This document shows, piece by piece, positions 1-7,417 of a DNA stretch of 7,417 nucleotides. The stretch is from Octopus sinensis (lineage: Eukaryota). Position 1 is the stretch's first letter. Each line of letters begins with the position of its first letter. A program made the translations under genes and the position numbers. Below the pieces are notes generated by a model. That model had not been told where the DNA came from and searched no databases. It saw only the letters and a list, made by a program, of their open reading frames with translations. The stretch is taken from positions 1-7,417 of the forward strand of contig NW_021828910.1 of assembly GCF_006345805.1 (NCBI RefSeq), given 5' to 3'.

Positions 1-254
1 AATCCGCCTAGGGTTTAAAATCGTTGTAACATTCAACTACCACTTGATTTGGCTATTCGCTTTACTGTTTCATAAATAGTTATTAACTATCAACTCTCAA
101 TTTTCGTTTGTACTGTTAATTGAATATGGATTATAGGCTTAATATATATCTATTGATTTAGGTAAATGTTATTTCCCCAAAATATTAGGTATAGAATTAG
201 TGCTTTTCTTCGATGTAATCATCACTTATGAGGTTAATATACCCTCTAATTAAC

Positions 255-358
255 GTATATATATATATATGTTTATATATATAAACATATATATATATAC
301 ATGTATGCATATATATATATACATATATATACATAATATTATACATATATATATATAC

Positions 359-401
<43 letters not shown>

Positions 402-624
402 TATATATATATATATATATACATATACACAGACACACACATATATATATATACACACATATATATATGTGTTTATATATATATAAACTATATATATATA
501 TGTGTGTTTATATATATGCACATGTATATATATGGATATATATATATATACACGTATGTACACATGCATATGTATGCATGAATATATCTATCTATATACA
601 TACATATATATATATGTGTGTGTG
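255..624. repeat. Compound (TA)n/(CA)n/(TG)n microsatellite with embedded short palindromes
   Basis: Read directly: long TA runs interrupted by CA/TG units and GTTT(AT)nAAAC motifs. Confidence 0.97.
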
Positions 625-812
625 CATTTTATTCGTTTAAGCCTTGCAGTTGCGGTGATGCTGGATCATCACCATAGACTTTCTCATTCCCTCACTCTTG
701 GGCGTTTCACATCACCAATCCTCTATATATATGGCATCTAGATCTTCCTGTCAAAGTTTAGCATCCCAAGGATTCTTCACTACTTGCGTCACCCATTTAC
801 CGTCGGCATAGC
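625..812 (-). mobile_element. Possible highly decayed LINE (RTE/CR1-like) ORF2 C-terminal/3' end remnant
   Basis: Manual minus-strand translation gives ADGKWVTQVVKNPWDAK (807-757), then GRSR in a shifted frame (from 748) and DVKRPR (713-696). This resembles the D-x-[RK]-W-x4-W-x-P-x3-KR-x2-GRP motif near LINE ORF2 C-termini. A minus-strand AATAAA lies at 633-628. Several stops and frameshifts are needed and the match is short. Confidence 0.3.
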
Positions 813-1257
813 TAATACAAATAGTTGACATTATACAAGTAGGATATCTAATGGGTTTAATTTCTTAGAAATTAACCCGTCTACAGATGAAGTCAGTTAA
901 CAAACGCTTCGCCTAGGTTTGGCTATCGATCGTCATTGTGTTGGATGACTATGCTGTCGCAGAGACGCCGAGGCAACCTCGTATATTTTTATAAGACGAA
1001 TGTTTGAGATCCCGAAATTTTTGACTAACGCCAATATAATAGTATAATATAGAATGCTGTGTGTAACTCTGTCCTGAGAATGTGCCTTAAAAATGTAAAA
1101 ATATAAAACAAATAATGTAGGCCTTGAGGCCGACTTACGACCAAGTCGATTTACGATCTGTCAGTCGGAACCAAATTTGGTTGTAAGTCGACGACGACAG
1201 TTGATGAATACTCCTCACATATTATACATGTATGATTATATGAAGAGCACGAATGAA

Positions 1258-1530
1258 TCTCTTTCGTGTGACCATTGTGGCCGTGACTTCTTCTGAAAGG
1301 CAGGCTTATGCAGCCACAAGCGTTGTTCCAGAGGGCCCCATCCTTTATCACTGAGAGACCCAACATTATGTCACGTGGTCTTTGTGTAGCAAAAGTGTGG
1401 CTGGGCAAATGGACTCTCTAAGAACTAAGTCTCAAAATCCAGATGATCGGGTTGCTGCTGCGGAGCTGAATTGTGGCCAGTTTGGAATGAGTTGTAAGTA
1501 TTTTGCAGGCCTTAGGAATCATCAGATGTT
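1258..1530 (+). mobile_element. Degenerate tandem zinc-finger remnant, LINE (RTE-like) type, or a ZNF pseudogene fragment
   Basis: Frame +1 reads SLSCDHCGRDFF*KAGLCSHKRC, which is C(1267)-x2-C(1276)-x12-H(1315)-x2-C. Frame +2 reads LNCGQFGMSCKYFAGLRNHQ, which is C(1472)-x2-F(TTT, one change from TGT)-x12-H(1520). Both resemble the CxxCGRxCxSxxGLxSHxR finger of RTE-type LINE C-termini. There are no TGEKP linkers, and an in-frame stop is present. Confidence 0.55.
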
Positions 1531-1749
1531 ATCAGCGATGAAGGGACCAAACTTGAAATGTTTTATTGGTGTGAAATAGGTTTTAGAAGGGTTTTTACTC
1601 GGTCACAAGTCGACTTGCATGCGCTACATGTTTGTATGCGACCCTAATCAGGGTGTATTGTCCCCCTCTATGTTTGGGCCATTGTGGCTAATAAAGAAAT
1701 TGAATGTATATAGTTTGTGTGCTGTATGTTTCTTTATATATATATATAT

Positions 1750-1800
1750 GGCGGTGCCCCAGCATGGCCACAGCTCATGAGCTGAAACTAAATCAACAAT
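1750..1800 (+). mobile_element. 3'-tail fragment of an octopus-type SINE
   Basis: GGCGGTGCCCCAGCATGGCCACAGCTCATGAGCTGAAACTA closely resembles the 3' end I recall for abundant octopus SINEs (GGCGGTGCTCCAGCATGGCCGCAGTCAAATGACTGAAAC...). It is flanked by (TA)n. The consensus is recalled, not searched. Confidence 0.65.
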
Positions 1801-1801
1801 C

Positions 1802-1809
1802 ATATATAC

Positions 1810-1882
<73 letters not shown>
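1802..1882. repeat. (TA)n followed by (AG)n microsatellite
   Basis: Read directly. Confidence 0.97.
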
Positions 1883-1938
1883 CAATAAGAAAATGGCGGG
1901 GATCAATAGATGGCCCATCTTTTAGACATAATGTCAAA

Positions 1939-1960
1939 TTATTTATTTATTTATTTATTT
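1939..1960. repeat. (TTTA)n microsatellite
   Basis: TTATTTATTTATTTATTTATTT read directly. Confidence 0.9.
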
Positions 1961-2170
1961 ACTAAAATGATAATTACAAGAATATAGATACATGTATAAA
2001 ACATAAAATTTATTAATATATAAGGATACCAGTAATTATTAAAATATAACATACAGGAATATAAATATACTGTACGTTTGTATACACACTCACATACAAT
2101 CATACACGTATCTATACTTGTATACATAGAATGTATACATTTACGTATGTATAATTGCCTGTGTCCATAC

Positions 2171-2223
2171 GTGTGTGTATGTGTGTGTGTTTGTGTGTGT
2201 GTGTGTTGTTGTTGTTGTTGTTG
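2171..2223. repeat. (TG)n followed by (GTT)n microsatellite
   Basis: Read directly. Confidence 0.95.
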
Positions 2224-2239
2224 CAAAATTGTATGTAAC

Positions 2240-2600
2240 CCAATTTCGCACGCGAGTTCTTACAAAAGAACTGCCAGCAGTTTCGCGGTTTTGTCGACAT
2301 CCCGGAAGGAAGGTATTATGCGGACTTAAATATTCATGGTGAGTGTTATTAATAATAACAGAATTTACTACATTTACTACAAAATAACGGTGTTTCGTCT
2401 TGCTTCGACTTTAAAAAAAAAAACAAAAAATCAAAATACACAAGCGAAAATTATAACAAAAAACCCTTCTAAACGTCGATTATTCCACCGCACGATCTCT
2501 TTGTAACATCGCCAGACAGGAAGTAGTATATCGGTGTCGGATAGGATTTACCGGAAGTCAGATACGGTTCAATGTAGCTGCATTTTTATTTATATTTCGC
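2240..2600. promoter_or_regulatory. CpG-richer promoter-like island with ETS-type sites
   Basis: Visibly more CG dinucleotides than the flanks. CCGGAAGG at 2302-2309, CAGGAAGT at 2517-2524 and ACCGGAAGT at 2550-2558 (ETS/GABP-type consensus CCGGAAGT). A consensus donor ATG|GTGAGT sits at 2338/2339. Confidence 0.4.
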
Positions 2601-2671
2601 TGTTGTTTCTCGAATTATAACAAATATGTTGAAACTATTTACTCCACTTAAAACACTGTTTTTCGTTACAG

Positions 2672-2718
2672 TTTATTCTTTGTTGCTAGAATTACCATGA
2701 ATGGAACAATATTTGGAG
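2672..2718 (+). other. Candidate small exon containing a start codon (MNGTIFG...)
   Basis: Acceptor TTTTTCGTTACAG ends at 2671 (alternative TTGCTAG ends at 2689). ACCATGA has its ATG at 2697, and a weak donor GAG|GTACAT lies at 2718/2719. It could splice to the donor at 2339. No protein homology is recognised. Confidence 0.25.
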
Positions 2719-2809
2719 GTACATTGGTGAAAGAATGACTCACTTTCTAGTTTTCTGCAACACAGCTTGTCTGTCGATTGCACTATCTCTCGCTTCCACA
2801 ATCCCTCTG

Positions 2810-2810
2810 C

Positions 2811-2890
<80 letters not shown>

Positions 2891-3113
2891 ATATCTATCT
2901 ATCTATCTATCTGTCTGTCTGTCTGTCTGTCTATCTGTCAGTTTGTCTGTCTGTCTGTATGTATGTATGTATGTATGAATGTATCTATGTATATATGTCT
3001 GTCTCTCTGTCTGTCTATATATATTTCTATCAATTTATCTATCAAACTATCCATGCATCAAACCATCTATTCGTCCATGCATCCGTCCGTCTCTTTGTCT
3101 GTCTGTCAGTCTG

Positions 3114-3187
<74 letters not shown>

Positions 3188-3360
3188 ATCCATCTATCTA
3201 TCTATCTATCTATCTATCGATCTATCTATCTTCTACCTATCTATCTATCTATCTATCTAATCTACTATCTTCTATCTATCTATCTATCTAGTCGTCTGTC
3301 TGTCTGTCAATCAATCAATCTATCTATCTATATATGTGTGTGTTTGTGTGTGTGTGTGTA
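2810..3360. repeat. Long (ATCT)n/(GTCT)n compound tetranucleotide microsatellite
   Basis: Pure ATCT runs at ~2811-2890 and ~3115-3185 with degenerate GTCT/ATGT segments; it explains the IYLS-repeat ORFs. Confidence 0.98.
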
Positions 3361-3496
3361 AATATATATTCATACGTGCATGCATTCATGCTTACATAAA
3401 CAAACACATACACATAAATCACTCACAGACATACTCTGACACAAACATACGCCTTCAGACACACAATCACACCCATATGCTATTGAAGACAAGTGA

Positions 3497-3567
3497 ATAT
3501 GAATGGTGATGACGATAATGACGATGATGATGATGGTGATGAATAGCGATGAAGTAGATGATGGTAT

Positions 3568-3613
<46 letters not shown>

Positions 3614-3903
3614 AGACATGATGAAGCGGATGATGATGATGATGATGGAAGATATGATGAAGTCAGTGATGATGATGATGATGGTGGTGATGATAATGAT
3701 AATGAAGTGGATGATGATGATGATGATGATGATGTGATCATGATCATGTTAATGGTAATGATGGTGGTGACGACGATGACAATGACGATGACAATGACGA
3801 TGAAAAGGACGTCATTGAAAACGAAGACGACGACGATGTCGATCAGAATTTCAGTGTCGTCGTCGTTATTGCTGTTGTTGTTGTTGTCGGTGGTGGTGGT
3901 AAT
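3497..3903. repeat. Degenerate (GAT)n/(GAC)n/(GTT)n trinucleotide repeat tract
   Basis: Read directly; it gives poly-D/poly-M on + and poly-S/poly-I on -. Confidence 0.95.
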
Positions 3904-3914
3904 CTAGGTGTAAT

Positions 3915-4360
3915 ATTTCGAAACGGATCTACCCGCCGACAAAAGCCAGAGATTGTTTTTCACGAACATCAGACGGGTGAGAGGTCGTGTGACGAGAGAT
4001 ACATGCGTAAACATTTCTTATTCACGATTTCGGGTACACGCCAGCAACAGTGTGACCCAGACAGAGCAACAGAGACGCAGGTTGACTCTCTCACGCACAC
4101 AACCGGAAGAAAAAAAAAAAACACCCTCTTCTGAAATGGTATCTTCTAAAAGATTTTATACAATCAAACCGAAAAACCTATCTGTAAATAAAAGTTTTGG
4201 AAAACGACTTTTGACAACTGCACTTCCGGTGTAGAGATACAAAACTCTGTAATGTCGAGTACATTGTTTCTGTTTCATTAGTTTTTTGTCGCTTTCCCAC
4301 GATCTGTCAATCCGCCATTTGTCAATATTCGCACCTAAAAGGAACAGGCGGACACCCTCG
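3915..4360. promoter_or_regulatory. Second CpG-richer promoter-like island with ETS and YY1-like motifs
   Basis: Many CG dinucleotides. ACCGGAAGA at 4102-4110, a perfect ACCGGAAGTG on the minus strand at 4230-4221, and YY1-like CAAATGGCGG on the minus strand at 4321-4312. Confidence 0.4.
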
Positions 4361-4459
4361 TACTTATATATAAATAAATACATACATACATGCATTCATA
4401 CAAGCGTACGTACATACGTCTTCACTTTCACGAGCACATATAATACAATGAGACATGCC

Positions 4460-4882
4460 TATGTATGTATGTATGTATGTTATGTGTGTGTGTGTGTATG
4501 TATGTGTGTTTGTATTATGTATGTATGTATGTATGCATTTATGTGTGTATGTATGTATGTATGTATGTATGTATGTATGTATGTATGTATGTGATGTTAT
4601 GCTATTGTATGTGTGTGTGTATGATGTATGTGTGTTTGTATTATGTATGTATTGTGTGTTTGTATTATGTATGTATGTATGTATGTTTAGTAGTATGTAT
4701 GTATGTATGCATGTATGTGTGTATGATGTAAAGTTGTATGTGTGTATGTGTATGTGTTTATGTATGTATGTATGTATGTATGTATGTATGATGTATGTGT
4801 GTGTTGTATGTATGTATGTATGTGTGTATTGTGTGATTATGTATGTATGTATGTATGTATGTATGTGTTGTATGTATGTATG

Positions 4883-4914
<32 letters not shown>

Positions 4915-5035
4915 TAGTATTATGTGTGTATGTATGTATGTATGTATGATGTGCGTATGTATTTATGTATGTATGTATGTGTGTATGTATGCATGTATGT
5001 ATGTATGTATGAAAGTATGTGTGCATGTATGCGTG
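4460..5035. repeat. Long degenerate (TATG)n/(TG)n microsatellite
   Basis: Read directly; it explains the VCMY/HTYI ORFs. Confidence 0.98.
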
Positions 5036-5067
5036 TGTGTATTTTATATAAGTACTAAAATAATTAT

Positions 5068-5220
5068 ATAAATACTAAAATGTATATATAGATATATGCA
5101 TGTATGTAAGTATGAATGTATGTGTGTATATATGTATGTGTATATATATATATATATACAAACTAATTAATGATTATATAAATATATAAATAAATACTAA
5201 AATGTATTTATAGATATATG
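5068..5220. repeat. 31-bp direct repeat, two copies 122 bp apart
   Basis: ATAAATACTAAAATGTATATATAGATATATG (5068-5098) versus ATAAATACTAAAATGTATTTATAGATATATG (5190-5220), one mismatch. Confidence 0.85.
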
Positions 5221-5269
5221 TTTGTATGCATGTATGTTCGTATGTATGTATCAAACTCTCTCTCTATAT

Positions 5270-5302
5270 ATATATGTATACACGTACACATTCACATACA
5301 TA

Positions 5303-5388
<86 letters not shown>

Positions 5389-5478
5389 GTGTATATACAT
5401 ATATATATACATATATACGAATGCCTGTGTATGTGAGAGAGAGAAAGAGAGAGAGTGAGAGTGTGTGTGTATGTGTGC
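5270..5478. repeat. Compound (TA)n/(TAGA)n/(GA)n/(TG)n microsatellite
   Basis: Read directly; the (AGAT)n run is at ~5345-5388. Confidence 0.96.
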
Positions 5479-5649
5479 ACACCTACACGTATTTGAAATT
5501 CATATGTCTTTAACCGTTTAAATATTTCAGTTATTAGACTGCAGTCATACTGGATCACACCTCTGATTTTTTTTCCCCTCAGATTAATCAAACCCTTTAT
5601 GAAATTTACGATTACATGATTGGCCATTGATATATACATAAATAATTAA

Positions 5650-6480
5650 CAATTGTTTATGATGGCATACAGGGAGATCCAATTTTCGAGCAACTAGCTC
5701 TTGAAGTGGATACAGTTAGAAAACATTTCTTTACGGCTGTTGAATGCGCCAGGTTTCTTATAATCCTTAAGAATTTTGGCACTCTCCCCGATGCAGATTT
5801 TGCAAAGGCCCTTCCATTAATATACGGGCCCGGATGATCAATTAATTTCCACCTGATATCGGTCATTTGAATTGAGATGCCATAGATGGAGTGTCAGAGA
5901 CGTGGCAAACCGTCTTTCTGTAACTCTGAAGAATGAATGGTTGTTAGGCAAACATCGCTTGAACGAAGTACTCGCAGACCTAATATGTTTACACACGTGG
6001 GATGTGGACCTATTGGCACACCTGGTACATATGACGCTGGTCATCTTCGGAGGTAGCGGAACTGGGAAAGGCGGATAACTTCTCCATCTCACTGATCCTG
6101 AATAGGTCATTATTTTTACGTGCAGCGTTTGTATTGATGGTAACATACATTGTGGGCCTGGTCACTCTACCGGTACCTATGGTTTGCTCATTATCCGTGG
6201 CAGTGGTAAGGGGGTCTTTGGTGACGCTCTCTGTGATGCGCGTAATTATTAGTGTGAGTCAACCAGATGAAAACTATTTTCATTGAAACTTCTTCACTGT
6301 TCTCGTTCTGTTAACGTTTTGGCGTTCAACGAGTGTACTGGCATAGATGTGGCAACATTTGAAATTTTTGTCTAGGTATATGCAGCTGATGCGGACAAAT
6401 CAATCTACGTTGTCAACGTATTTGAAGAGTCTGAACCGGTCCTGCATTATCCATTTCTAGGTTTTCATTTTTCAGATGTT
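5650..6480 (-). mobile_element. Decayed Mutator-like (MULE/MuDR) DDE transposase fossil
   Basis: Manual minus-strand translation shows MULE motifs in the expected order across frames. These are IYLDKNFKCCHIYASTLV (first D at 6372), PLTTATDNEQTI (second D at 6195, 59 codons on), AHNVCYH (6157-6137) running into INTNAARK (the C-x-x-H-x3-N-x3-K signature with a frameshift), EYF (5973), PSMASQFK (5889-5866, ES-x-N-x3-K position) and IRWK (W at 5851). Numerous stops and frameshifts are present and no TIRs were found. Confidence 0.7.
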
Positions 6481-6624
6481 CTTCCAAGAGGTAAGACATA
6501 TTTTTTTCATGTTGTTGCACAGACACGTCTTTGCTAGTATATACGCATGAAGCTATACATAGCGTCGTATTTATTACGATCGCTATTTTCCAGTAAATAT
6601 CGGTACTTCGTTGTACCATTTATT

Positions 6625-6661
6625 TACTTTTATTATATATATATAATAATATTATATATAG

Positions 6662-6697
<36 letters not shown>

Positions 6698-7003
6698 ATT
6701 TATAAACTTTATAATAATGTGCACGCATACATAATTATCCATGAATGCATGTATACAAGAACTTCTCTCTAGATATTTTTATATGTATATTTACATACTT
6801 CTTTATATACACAGGCACATATACCACCACACACACACACACATATATATATATATAGATATATGTACATATACATACATAACTGCCTACCTGTTTATCT
6901 ATTTATCTATATCTATATGTATCAATATACATACAAACATACATACATACACACACACACACGCGCGCGCACACACACATATGTATTTATATATATATAT
7001 ATT
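6625..7003. repeat. Compound (TA)n/(CA)n/(CATA)n low-complexity tract
   Basis: Read directly; it includes (CA)n(CG)4(CA)n at ~6950-6979. Confidence 0.93.
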
Positions 7004-7199
7004 GAGTGAATAGGTGTGGGCAGAGAGTGTACGGAGAACGCATGAACGAACTCATTTCGACTTTGAAGCCATGTCTCAAACTCTAAACTTCAGACTTTCT
7101 GACTCGGCAGAAATAGCAGTGCTTTTACAGAAATACATAGCGATGGAGTGGGAAGAGAAACTTAGAGATGCGAAATTGTACTCATCTGCGCGTGTGCAC

Positions 7200-7244
7200 C
7201 ATACATGTAGATACATGCATACATACACACACACAGAGTCCCAC

Positions 7245-7289
<45 letters not shown>

Positions 7290-7417
7290 TATATATATAT
7301 ATAAAGCTATGTACATAAATATATATATATATTCATATATATTTATGTATGAATATATATATATAAACATATATATATATATAAATGTATATATTTATAT
7401 ATCTATATATCTATATG
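7200..7417. repeat. (TA)n/(CA)n microsatellite running to the window end
   Basis: Read directly. Confidence 0.96.

Noticed and set aside
197-741. ORFs of YIYI/VYIY type on both strands
   Set aside because: These are translations of (TA)n/(CA)n microsatellite with no coding complexity.
853-878. Hairpin GGGTTTAATTTCT-T-AGAAATTAACCC
   Set aside because: Short AT-rich stem with a 1-nt loop, expected by chance and with no context.
2735-3361. 208/174/93/66-aa ORFs (IYLS repeats)
   Set aside because: (ATCT)n lacks stops on the + strand, so all three frames are open; this is a repeat artefact.
3370-3747. Minus-strand poly-Ser ORF
   Set aside because: Antisense reading of (GAT)n.
4286-5071. Multiple VCMY/HTYI ORFs up to 220 aa
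   Set aside because: (TATG)n repeat translations.
5535-5835. Cadherin-like impression in + frames (VILDHTSD...; also VYAADAD at 6376)
   Set aside because: It lacks the DxNDNxP, LDRE/DYE and AxDxG motifs in order, and has internal stops.
6000-6040. SWIM-like CTRC...CKH in the minus ORF 5838-6146
   Set aside because: It lies between the second D and the E-region of the MULE core, in a different frame; a SWIM finger would be expected downstream of the catalytic domain.
6037-6078. P-loop-like LVIFGGSGTGKGG on the + strand
   Set aside because: It is followed immediately by a stop, has no Walker B, and lies antisense to the better-supported MULE fossil.
1-7417. CRISPR array, tRNA/rRNA or prokaryotic system
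   Set aside because: There is no repeat-spacer structure, cloverleaf or operon-like organisation; the sequence is eukaryotic in character.

Overview
AT-rich, microsatellite-saturated eukaryotic DNA; about half of the window is (TA)n, (CA)n, (ATCT)n, (GAT)n or (TATG)n. A cephalopod (octopus-like) origin is inferred from this repeat landscape and from a short fragment resembling the 3' tail of octopus SINEs. No intact protein-coding gene is supported, and most ORFs in the supplied track are translations of simple repeats. The unique islands between the repeats contain four things. (i) A decayed Mutator/MULE-type transposase on the minus strand (~5650-6480), recognisable only by stitching frames across stops and frameshifts. 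(ii) Two or three degenerate LINE-type zinc fingers (~1258-1530, +). (iii) A SINE 3'-tail fragment with a perfect hairpin (1750-1800). (iv) Two CpG-richer, ETS/YY1-motif-bearing promoter-like islands (~2240-2720 and ~3915-4360) with candidate splice sites. I cannot support a new biological system from this sequence. The best leads are the MULE fossil, a possible antisense exon inside it, and the possibly overlapping promoter pair. All family assignments come from my own motif recall, not from database searches.
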